64,000 nucleotides of DNA. Origin: a virus. The notes under the pieces are model-generated. The model was not told the DNA's origin and did no database searches. It saw only the letters and a list, made by a program, of their open reading frames with translations. The DNA lies in the IMG/VR virus record IMGVR_UViG_3300032397_000003, positions 1 to 64,000 of that record; one strand, given 5' to 3'. Positions 55,636 to 64,000 of the stretch are shown piece after piece; the stretch's first letter is position 1; the number at the start of each line of letters is the position of its first letter. The translations under genes and the position numbers were made by a program.

Positions 55636-56436
55636 ATGAAGGTTAATAGTTGGTTAGAAAATGAACAATTCATTTCAAAAATAAAATTTCATGACAAGTA
55701 CTATCTTGAGACTCTGTGTTTCAAGATAGCAGCTTTTCTAAAGAACGTTCCTGTGCCTGTATGCTCCACATGGGACGCTTCACATCAAAGTATATATTTT
55801 TCAATAGGAGATAATAAGCATTATCTTACTTTAGATACAAACATTTCTTATTATGATTTTGTAACTCTTATTGATAAGTGGACAAGAAATTTTTATCCTC
55901 AGTATAAAGTAGAAGTAGATACTGAGATAGAATATACTGACGAGGAGATTATGGAGTTGGTTAAAACAGGAGTAAATCTTAATGATGCCATCTTAATGAG
56001 AAAACCTTATTCATATATTGAAACAGGAATCATTGAAAAGATTTATATTAAGAGAGATGAATTTATATTTAATAAAGATGGAGAAAGAGAAATAAGGATG
56101 TCAGGTACGGGAGTTTCTAATGCCCTACCTCTTTCAAAATTTATGGAAGGTATAAGACAAATATCTAATGATGTAGAGAAGAAACAATATATAGAAGATA
56201 ATAGTAGAGTTGTACAGATTCTTAAGGATAGTAATAAAGAGATTATAATCAACTATAGCGGGAAGCAGCTCATAAATTTTTTCAGCATTAACTTCTCAGA
56301 TAATAAAAATGCCCCTCTAAATCAAATTGATGAGTTCCAATATCAGTGGGGAAATTTTAGAGTAATATTTGAGAGTAAGATTCTAAGAGATGATTGTTTA
56401 GCAGTGTATGCCAAGAAAGTAAGTAAGGAGAAGTGA
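55636..56436 (+). CDS. Hypothetical protein
   Basis: AGGAGG RBS; 266 aa. Confidence 0.7.
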   Translation: MKVNSWLENEQFISKIKFHDKYYLETLCFKIAAFLKNVPVPVCSTWDASHQSIYFSIGDNKHYLTLDTNISYYDFVTLIDKWTRNFYPQYKVEVDTEIEYTDEEIMELVKTGVNLNDAILMRKPYSYIETGIIEKIYIKRDEFIFNKDGEREIRMSGTGVSNALPLSKFMEGIRQISNDVEKKQYIEDNSRVVQILKDSNKEIIINYSGKQLINFFSINFSDNKNAPLNQIDEFQYQWGNFRVIFESKILRDDCLAVYAKKVSKEK

Positions 56437-56641
56437 TATGGGATTATTTGGATTTATAAAAGATATAGTTTTACTCCCGGTAGATGTTGTATTAGATGTA
56501 ACAATGGTTACTCCAATTGGTAGAATAGTATCAGATTCAAATAAAGAAACTCCTTTTGGAACTATTGATAGATTAGGATCTTTGGTTAAAAATTTGGATG
56601 AAACAAAAGATTGAAAGTTATCATTACTATAGGAGAAAGTC

Positions 56642-58504
56642 TTGTATTTAATTACATATGAAAAGAATAATTTTTACATCAACCCTACTTTTGAAGAGTT
56701 TGTAGATAGAGATGAGTTTGAATCAGTTGTTGTTTATCTACAACAACTTTTTCTTTACTTTGATCAGTCTACAAAAAAGTACAAGATAGCCACTGATAGA
56801 ATAGATGAAATTATCATGTGGTTAGAAAAGGATGGGCAGAAATATGAAATTTCAAATGCTTGTGCTGAACAACTTATAGTCATACAAAACGAATATAAGA
56901 AGAGAGAGGTTAAATTTTTTAGAGATGGAAAATTTGATCCCTCTGTATTAAATGAAGGGGTGGTTCCTTTTAATTATCAACTTGACTCAATCAATTGGAG
57001 TCTTAAAAGATCAAGGGTGCTTGACAGTCACGATGCAGGATTAGGAAAGACAATTATAAATATTTGTGTGTTCTCTACTCTTTATAAACAAGGTTTAATA
57101 GATGGTATTATTATAATCGTTCCTATTGGAATGGGCTTTCACTGGCAATGTCAAATATTAGAATTTGTAAATCAATTCCAAGATTCTGATATACAGATAA
57201 TTGATAATCAGTTAAAGATTCAACCATTTGAAAAATTTAAAGATAAGAAAATTTTAATTATAAGACAAGATTTATTAGCGGATACAATAGCTTCTTATAA
57301 TAAAGGGTTTACTCAAAAGAGTGAAGGTAAAAGAAAGTCATTAAAAAATCTTAAATGGAAAACTGCTGATTATGTTGATATAAAGAAACTATGGAAAAAA
57401 GAAAATATATTTCTTTTAGTTGACGAAGCCCATGGAATGAAACATAGTAGCTCCATTAAAACAAAAGCACTTCATTCTATTAAAAAGTATTTTGATTATA
57501 GATATTTACTCACAGCTACTCCAGCAATAAATGGTATGGAAGATTTATATTCTAATTTATCTTTCCTTGATCAGGGTATAATTCCGATGGGTGAACAAGC
57601 ATTTAAAATTTGGATATCAAATAGTCTGGGTAATAAATGGGACAAGTATGCAATAAATTCTTATAATACAGAAAATGTTCAAAAGTTAATGCAGTCTTAC
57701 CAACAGGTGTTTATACAAAAACGGAAAGAAGATATTCCTGAGATTAAAACTAAAAAAATATTTAATAGAATTGAAATACCCTTAACTACAATACAAAAAA
57801 GAATTTATGAATTAGTGGTTGAAGAGGAGTTAAGTATTCTACAACAAGAATATGAGGAAATTTCTTGGAGAGTGTTATTACAAAAACTTCATTTACTTTT
57901 AGAAGTTTTTGATAATCCAGAACTTCTTAAAAAAAGAACATATAGTAGTGAAGAGTTGATGAATTTAGTATCTAAATGGAAAATGGTTAATGATAATAAA
58001 TTTATAGCTTTAAAAAGTAGGGTAGAGGATATTATAGAGAATCAAAACTCTAAGGTAATAATTTATGACATACACCCGCAGACAATAGATTCATTAGCAG
58101 AACAATTTAAATCCTATAATCCACTTGTTATACATGGGGGATTGAAAGTGAAGGATATAAATATTGATAGAAAAGAAAAACAAGATTTATTTAATTTTGA
58201 TAAAAAACATAAACTAATGATTTTATCTATGTATACAAGTAGCCAAGGAATTAACTTACAACATGGTGGGAATCATATTTTATTTAATACCTTGAGCTGG
58301 GATGCAACACTTTTTGAACAAGCCCAGAATAGAACCGATAGAGCCACTTCAAAGAAAGACTCTTTAATTGAATTGTTCTACTATCCAAGAACACTTGATT
58401 CATTGCGTCTTAATAATAATCTAAATAGGATAGAATTGAATAGTAAAATGGATAAGAATTTAACCCAGCAAGATTTACAAAGATTGCTGCAGGGAGAAAT
58501 ATAA
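56642..58504 (+). CDS. SNF2-family helicase
   Basis: PFNYQ, DAGLGKT, VDEAH, LTATP, QGINLQ, EQAQNRTDR. Confidence 0.9.
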   Translation: MYLITYEKNNFYINPTFEEFVDRDEFESVVVYLQQLFLYFDQSTKKYKIATDRIDEIIMWLEKDGQKYEISNACAEQLIVIQNEYKKREVKFFRDGKFDPSVLNEGVVPFNYQLDSINWSLKRSRVLDSHDAGLGKTIINICVFSTLYKQGLIDGIIIIVPIGMGFHWQCQILEFVNQFQDSDIQIIDNQLKIQPFEKFKDKKILIIRQDLLADTIASYNKGFTQKSEGKRKSLKNLKWKTADYVDIKKLWKKENIFLLVDEAHGMKHSSSIKTKALHSIKKYFDYRYLLTATPAINGMEDLYSNLSFLDQGIIPMGEQAFKIWISNSLGNKWDKYAINSYNTENVQKLMQSYQQVFIQKRKEDIPEIKTKKIFNRIEIPLTTIQKRIYELVVEEELSILQQEYEEISWRVLLQKLHLLLEVFDNPELLKKRTYSSEELMNLVSKWKMVNDNKFIALKSRVEDIIENQNSKVIIYDIHPQTIDSLAEQFKSYNPLVIHGGLKVKDINIDRKEKQDLFNFDKKHKLMILSMYTSSQGINLQHGGNHILFNTLSWDATLFEQAQNRTDRATSKKDSLIELFYYPRTLDSLRLNNNLNRIELNSKMDKNLTQQDLQRLLQGEI

Positions 58505-58561
58505 TTTCAGGTGATTTCTTACTAATAATAAAATACCTATATACTAAGAGGAAATTATATA

Positions 58562-59998
58562 ATGGCACTATATGAATCAAAATTTATTAGAGTTGAAGAG
58601 TCATTTTTAAAAGCAGATATACTAAAAGCCATATATCTGGCTAATAAGGTTATAAGCAGGAGAATAGGAGTAAAGATTTATACAGGAAGATTACCCATTG
58701 ATTTTATTACTTCTAAAGGAAAATTTTCAGGGCTAATGTGTCTTATTATAGGAAAGAAAATGATCAGGTACAATTGGGCTATAAATGACACTTCTTGTAC
58801 TATTACTTCTATAGATTTCTGGTTGAAAGGTATGACAGCAAGACCTACTTATAATCTTGAAACAGAAAGCCTTAATATAATTAAGTTAATAGATACAATA
58901 TCCTCAGTATTACAAAATGATATACAACCAGAGTATTCAGTAATAACAGAATCTTATAAAGGAAAAGTTACTGAAGATTTTACTCCTAAGACGGGTGGAG
59001 GGAAAAGTAAGGCTATATCAGATGCTTTAAAACAATGGGCGATTGATAAAGATGTATCAGACGATAGGCTACAGAATACAAGAATATCATATTTATATAA
59101 AGATTTTCAATTTTGGTTTCAGGAAATGGCTGGACCAGAATTTGAGAATATGTCTGAAATGACTTTTAGAAATTATATAATGAATTTTCTAAAAGATAGA
59201 GGATTAAAAAATATCTATATTCGCAATTTGATTTTACGAACAGGTAATAAAGAGAAAATAGTAGTTACAGATAAAGCCTCTGAGATAGCTTATCAAGATA
59301 TATCACATTTAGCTATGAATGTAGATGATATGAAAGAATTTATGGCAGATTCTTTAAGGGCAGTTGCAAGAGGATTCAGAACATCATTAATCATAGCAGG
59401 TAAGGCAGGATTTGGGAAAAGCTCCTTAACTGAAAAAATTCTAAAAGAAGAAGGAATGAGAGTTAAATCAGTTCAACAGATAAGAAATATAAAAGTGCTC
59501 TATAATTTATTTGCACAACATGGTGGCCCAAAAGATGTTATTTTACTGGATGATACTCCTGATACCTTTGATAAGAAATTTAGCGGTTACTTATCAGCAG
59601 CACTTGATGATAAACCTAAAAGAATAATTTCCTTTCCTAGTGAAATGGGGAAAGATATGCAGGATTTAAAAAAGTTTCAACCAGAACTTCTATATCAGGG
59701 TAAAATTGTAATCTTGACAAATAAAACCAAAAAAGAAATACCTACTTATTTAAAAAGTAGAAGTATTACTATAGAAGTTCAGGCTGACGTAAGTGCGATG
59801 AGCGATGACATCCGGAAAAATCTCCTAAATGTTTTACCCCAGGTTCCTATGGAGTCTAAATTGGAAGTTTTAGACTTTATTGAAAAATTAGGTAAACATA
59901 TTTCTTCCATAGATTATAGAACTTTTATGTTAGCCGTAGTTTTCAAATCAGCTGGATCACCCGATTGGAAAAAAAGAGTGTATGCGTTGCTTAAATAG
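58562..59998 (+). CDS. AAA-type P-loop ATPase with N-terminal extension
   Basis: IAGKAGFGKS, ILLDD, ILTN, LKSRS; TACTAATA at 58520-58527. Confidence 0.75.
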   Translation: MALYESKFIRVEESFLKADILKAIYLANKVISRRIGVKIYTGRLPIDFITSKGKFSGLMCLIIGKKMIRYNWAINDTSCTITSIDFWLKGMTARPTYNLETESLNIIKLIDTISSVLQNDIQPEYSVITESYKGKVTEDFTPKTGGGKSKAISDALKQWAIDKDVSDDRLQNTRISYLYKDFQFWFQEMAGPEFENMSEMTFRNYIMNFLKDRGLKNIYIRNLILRTGNKEKIVVTDKASEIAYQDISHLAMNVDDMKEFMADSLRAVARGFRTSLIIAGKAGFGKSSLTEKILKEEGMRVKSVQQIRNIKVLYNLFAQHGGPKDVILLDDTPDTFDKKFSGYLSAALDDKPKRIISFPSEMGKDMQDLKKFQPELLYQGKIVILTNKTKKEIPTYLKSRSITIEVQADVSAMSDDIRKNLLNVLPQVPMESKLEVLDFIEKLGKHISSIDYRTFMLAVVFKSAGSPDWKKRVYALLK

Positions 59999-60017
59999 CT
60001 TATTTAAATCTTAGATA

Positions 60018-60119
60018 GATTTTGTCGAAGAGAATAAATACAAAATTCAATGGTATATTGATAATTACGAAAGATTAGAAGAAGAGTATTATATAAATAG
60101 ATTGGCTACTAATAAATAA
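60018..60119 (+). pseudogene. 3' remnant of a paralogue of the 26670-27884 endonuclease, carrying a TACTAATA promoter
   Basis: FVEENKYKIQWYIDNYERLEEEY versus FVEENKDKIEWYIENYERLEEEY (20/23 aa); both end TNK-stop; no start codon. Confidence 0.85.
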
Positions 60120-60136
60120 AATTAAAGGAGAAGCCA

Positions 60137-61117
60137 TTGCATAATTTATTAGAGGAATTTAAAGGAAAAGATATATTTATGATTTCACACCAAGATCTGG
60201 ATGGTGTAGGAGCTATAATAGTTTATAAATATTATGTGGAACCCTATGCAAATAAATCATATATTTTTTCGGGTGGTCACGACGAGATAGATACCCTAGA
60301 ATTAGATGTATTCAACGAGTACAATTTAATTTTATTTACAGACATAGCACCAACAGAAGAATTATATAATGTTTTAATTAAATTAGGAAAAGAAGTTAAA
60401 GTGTTTGATCACCATCAATCATCGTACAATACATTATTGAATGTTATCAAGGAAGAAAATTATTATTATTCTACTGAAAAATGTGGTACTAAAATTTTCT
60501 TTGATGAATTAACTAAAGGAAGAAGAACAACTAAATGTGTACATCAATTTTGTGAGTTGGTGGACACGTACGACAGATGGCAAGAGTGTTCCGCTTTATG
60601 GAAGGATGGCAAAGCATTACATAATATCTTATGGGGCAGTGTCAATTGGTCTGCTACAAATAATTTAGATAAATATGAAAAATTTATTATAAACCAACTT
60701 GAGAAAATGCAGAAAGGTAAAAACTTTTATCTTACCGCTTATGAAAATAAATTAGCTCTCGCTGCTGAAGATAAAGAAAGAGAATTTTATATAAAAGCAA
60801 AAAGAGATATATCATTTCGAGTTGATAATGAAGGTAATAACTATGCATATTTTGAGTGCCCTTCCAAAACATCCCTTATTGCTAACCGCCTATTAAAGGA
60901 TTATAGTCAATTAAAATATATAGTAGGAAGAGGAACTTATGAAGATAAAGAAGGGACTTATGATAATTCTTTATCTCTTAGATCACTAGGAGAAACAGAT
61001 GTTTCTATCATTGCTGGATTACATGGTGGAGGAGGTCATCATAACAGTTCTGGTTGTTCTATAGATGATTATGAAAAATTCCTACAATTTAAATCTGGAA
61101 AAATTCATTTAATTTAG
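60137..61117 (+). CDS. DHH-family phosphoesterase
   Basis: SHQDLDG, FTDIA, FDHH, SLRS, GGGGH. Confidence 0.9.
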   Translation: MHNLLEEFKGKDIFMISHQDLDGVGAIIVYKYYVEPYANKSYIFSGGHDEIDTLELDVFNEYNLILFTDIAPTEELYNVLIKLGKEVKVFDHHQSSYNTLLNVIKEENYYYSTEKCGTKIFFDELTKGRRTTKCVHQFCELVDTYDRWQECSALWKDGKALHNILWGSVNWSATNNLDKYEKFIINQLEKMQKGKNFYLTAYENKLALAAEDKEREFYIKAKRDISFRVDNEGNNYAYFECPSKTSLIANRLLKDYSQLKYIVGRGTYEDKEGTYDNSLSLRSLGETDVSIIAGLHGGGGHHNSSGCSIDDYEKFLQFKSGKIHLI

Positions 61118-61126
61118 TATTTATTT

Positions 61127-61158
61127 TTTAATTTTGTAAGTTAATTCTATATATTATA
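61127..61158 (+). promoter_or_regulatory. Class B promoter motif
   Basis: TTTAATTTT-N9-TTCTATATATTATA. Confidence 0.75.
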
Positions 61159-61177
61159 AAAATAAGGAGAAATAAAA

Positions 61178-61549
61178 ATGGGACATTGGGGATTTGGTTA
61201 TGAGGAATCAGATACATATCTAGATATATTAGATTCTGTATTTGATCCAATAGTAAAAATAATAGAAGCGGACGAGTATTATCTTAATGAATATGTGGCT
61301 GCTTCAGGAATACTACTAGATTTATTATTAAATAGAAAATTAAGATATTCTCCTAATATGGATTTAGTTGAAACAGCAATAACTAATTTAATTGGTATTG
61401 CAAATGAAGGGGACTTATCTGATTGGAATCCTAATCAAGAAAGTAGAAAAGAGAGTATTCTTCTTTTAATTAAAGATTTAAAAAAGTTACACAAAAAGGA
61501 AAGTAGATCAACATCACTCTTCGATAAAATGATGGCAGATAATAAATGA
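61178..61549 (+). CDS. DUF4259-like protein
   Basis: MGHWGFGYEESDTYLD N-terminus. Confidence 0.5.
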   Translation: MGHWGFGYEESDTYLDILDSVFDPIVKIIEADEYYLNEYVAASGILLDLLLNRKLRYSPNMDLVETAITNLIGIANEGDLSDWNPNQESRKESILLLIKDLKKLHKKESRSTSLFDKMMADNK

Positions 61550-61983
61550 GTTTGGATGATAAGTTCTTAGGGAAGATTATTTCCTATAATCCAGACAGTG
61601 ATACACTTACTATTAAATTAAATTTCACTACGGAAGACAAAAAAGAAACTTTATTTGATTTATTTAAAAGTAATAAGATATTTTCTTTTGTTATAAGGAA
61701 AGCGTACAAAGAAACGAAGAGCACTGCACAAATTCGTACTTACTTTATGCTTCTTGGTCAAATACTTGACAAACTTGATATACCAAAAGATAAAGATGTT
61801 ATAGCTGAATTTGATAAACAGTTACTTACTACTTTATTTCCTTGTAGATTTATGGAAATTTTGGGGCAGAGCATACCCATTCCCCCGAGCAAAAGCGAGA
61901 TGTCAAAAGAAGATTTTTCTTTGCTAATTCAGAATATACTTGATACCTACAGTGCTTTAGATATTAAGATAGATAGTTATTAA
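61546..61983 (+). CDS. NinB/Orf-like recombination protein candidate
   Basis: KSTAQIRTYF...SKSEMSKEDFSLLIQ. Confidence 0.5.
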   Translation: MSLDDKFLGKIISYNPDSDTLTIKLNFTTEDKKETLFDLFKSNKIFSFVIRKAYKETKSTAQIRTYFMLLGQILDKLDIPKDKDVIAEFDKQLLTTLFPCRFMEILGQSIPIPPSKSEMSKEDFSLLIQNILDTYSALDIKIDSY

Positions 61984-62020
61984 GCTTATACTAATATAAA
62001 AAATAATTAGGAGAAGTTTA

Positions 62021-62626
62021 ATGATAAAATCAAGAATGGAAGAAATAATTGATCCAGAAGCTGTTACAACTGATGATAAAGATGAGATAGTAATTAAGCT
62101 TCCTAGACCTATTATAAATAATGATTTAATTATATCAATAGATGAAGATATTGAAGAACCCAGCAACTACAGAAAAGTATTTGAAGCTTTAAGATCAGCA
62201 AAAGAGGGTGATATAGCTTATTTAAATATAAATTCATTTGGTGGTTATATATGTACTATGGCACAATTTTTTCATTTTCTTTTAAACACCAAAGCACATA
62301 CAGTTGCAAATGTTTTTACTGCCTATTCTGCAGCAAGTGTGATTGCTTTATGTTGTGATGAGATAAATATATCACAGTTTGGATCGATAATGGTACACAG
62401 CATGAGCACAGGAACTTATGGAAAAATTTCCGACGTGGAAGGTTATTCTAAATTTGCTTTGAAACAAGATAAGGACATTGCGGATACTGTTTATCAAGGA
62501 TTCCTTACCAAAGCAGAAATTATAGAAACAAATAAAGGGAAAGAATTTTGGATGAATAAAAAAGAATGTGATTCAAGATTAAAAAATTATAAAACAGTAA
62601 AACAGAGATTTTTAAATAAAAAATAA
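62021..62626 (+). CDS. ClpP-like protease
   Basis: INSFGG, AYSAAS (Ser), MVHSMS (His); TACTAATA at 61989-61996. Confidence 0.85.
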   Translation: MIKSRMEEIIDPEAVTTDDKDEIVIKLPRPIINNDLIISIDEDIEEPSNYRKVFEALRSAKEGDIAYLNINSFGGYICTMAQFFHFLLNTKAHTVANVFTAYSAASVIALCCDEINISQFGSIMVHSMSTGTYGKISDVEGYSKFALKQDKDIADTVYQGFLTKAEIIETNKGKEFWMNKKECDSRLKNYKTVKQRFLNKK

Positions 62627-62802
62627 TAAAGAGGCTACAATGAAAGTATCTAAAGTGATAGAAAATTTGGAATATCTTAAAACAACTTATGGGGACTTAG
62701 AACTAGATATTTATCTAGAAGAGGATGAGGATGGTGAAATTCAATTAGACAATTTATTTTTTGCTACTGACTTGAATACTCTTACTATTCAAAATATTCC
62801 TT

Positions 62803-62834
62803 TTTAATTTTTAATATTTTTTCTATATATTATA
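62803..62834 (+). promoter_or_regulatory. Class B promoter motif
   Basis: TTTAATTTT-N9-TTCTATATATTATA. Confidence 0.75.
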
Positions 62835-62857
62835 AATAAATTCAGAAGGAAAAAGAA

Positions 62858-63592
62858 ATGCTTACATATGTTACTCAAGACGGTGACACTTTTGCTTATC
62901 ACTCAGAAGATTCATTGAGAGAGCAAAGAAAATTAAAATATGATTTGCACCTTGCTCAAAGCGGAATTCCTTCATTTTATTGGAATATCAACTTTGATGA
63001 TTATCAGGGGAGTAAAACAAATAAAGAATATCTTTACATAAAAAGGTATGCAGATAATTGTCATAAAAAAGAATTTAATCATATACACTTATTTATTTAT
63101 GGACTTCATAGTACTCAGAAGTCTGCACTTGCCTATAACATAGGGAAGGAAGCTATAAGAAATGGATTGAAAGTAAAATCTATTTTAGCAGGTACTCTTA
63201 TAGATAAGTTAATGAAATTACAAGGATTTAATTTTATACAAGAAATTTATAATGAAGTTAAGGAATTGAAAGAGTGTGACTTATTGATCGTTGACGATTG
63301 TTGGGATGTGGAAAAAGCAATGCATTGGAATGGTCTCAATAAAAATTTAATTATAGGTGAGTGGGATCAATTCTTTAGAGAGGTTTTAGCCTCCAATACT
63401 AAAATAGTAACTACATCAAACTACGATAAAAATAATATAGGACAACATTTTGGTAAATCAATTTTTGAACTTATTGATCGGAATTTTTTCCAAGTACATC
63501 TTACAGAATCTATTAAAGAAAAAAGAAAATTAAATGTTGCTCAAGTATTCGCTGATATAGAAAAACAAGAAGAGGTTAAAAGGAGGAGTTAA
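62858..63592 (+). CDS. DnaC/IstB-like ATPase (helicase loader-like)
   Basis: SGIP..YW...FDDY, LFIYG...KS, DLLIVDD, TTSN, IDR. Confidence 0.75.
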   Translation: MLTYVTQDGDTFAYHSEDSLREQRKLKYDLHLAQSGIPSFYWNINFDDYQGSKTNKEYLYIKRYADNCHKKEFNHIHLFIYGLHSTQKSALAYNIGKEAIRNGLKVKSILAGTLIDKLMKLQGFNFIQEIYNEVKELKECDLLIVDDCWDVEKAMHWNGLNKNLIIGEWDQFFREVLASNTKIVTTSNYDKNNIGQHFGKSIFELIDRNFFQVHLTESIKEKRKLNVAQVFADIEKQEEVKRRS

Positions 63593-63760
63593 TATTGGAT
63601 ATTTATGAAAAGAAGTATACTGAATTAAAAGAAGAATTTGATATTAAATATGGTAATAAACAAGTTCAACCTTTTGAGGCAGTGGATTTAAAAATACAAT
63701 TTCTTGTAGATAAGCTTGTAGAAGTTTTAGTAGAAATAGATAAATTAAAAAGGTGAATAT

Positions 63761-64000
63761 ATGAACAATTTAAAAATCAAAACATTGTATCCATTTTCAG
63801 CTACATGGTTAGATTATCCAGATGCAGAAAGTTATGCTGTATATGTAAGTTCAATAGGATGTAATTTAAATTGTGGAGGATGTCATAATCAGATATTACA
63901 TGACTACAAAGCAGATGAAAAAAATGAATTTATAAAAACAAAAACATTTACTCTAAAAGAATTTCAAAGTGAACTACTAGATGTATGCTATAGGAATAAA
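63761..64000 (+). CDS. Radical SAM protein, NrdG-like activase (partial)
   Basis: LDYP...GCNLNCGGCHN CxxxCxxC; runs off window. Confidence 0.8.
   Translation, partial: MNNLKIKTLYPFSATWLDYPDAESYAVYVSSIGCNLNCGGCHNQILHDYKADEKNEFIKTKTFTLKEFQSELLDVCYRNK

Noticed and set aside
1-64000. Stop-codon reassignment as in some large phages
   Set aside because: Long conserved genes are intact in code 11, and TAA, TAG and TGA all end genes at tight junctions

Overview
This AT-rich, gene-dense 64-kb window is part of a large tailed dsDNA (jumbo/T4-like) bacteriophage genome in standard genetic code. The left part (1-39.5 kb, mostly minus strand) holds virion and late genes: a 2.4k-aa Mtd_N-type tail fibre, LamG-like and foldon proteins, a gp20-like portal, neck/tail-completion candidates and membrane proteins. 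It also encodes a CheY-like receiver, a DnaG-type primase, a GIY-YIG endonuclease, a T5 A1-like phosphoesterase and a prim-pol/Rep-like protein. The right part (39.7-64 kb, plus strand) holds replication and recombination genes: UvrD helicase, RecA, SbcC/gp46 ATPase, sliding clamp, SNF2 helicase, AAA ATPase, DHH, ClpP-like, DnaC-like and NrdG-like. Most notable: (1) about 13 clear, plus several weaker, otherwise unrelated proteins share an N-terminal M-[KENS]-[RK]-Y-x2-8-[FYL]-x-E leader. It resembles the T4 capsid-targeting sequence and is fused to effector-like cargo (two ADP-ribosyltransferase-like proteins, a nucleotidyltransferase, two HExxH proteins, SWIM, DUF5661). (2) Two phage-specific promoter classes are present: TACTAAT[AT] and TTTAATWWW-N9-TTCTATATATTAT. 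(3) The endonuclease gene has a c4/CI-like antisense leader and a promoter embedded in its last codons, and a promoter-bearing remnant of a paralogue lies 33 kb away. (4) A two-promoter switchable RNA leader precedes the prim-pol operon. (5) A 64-copy 12-bp NQV[E/R/W/G] repeat sits inside a DUF6745-like gene. Family names come from recognising motifs by eye; no database searches were run.
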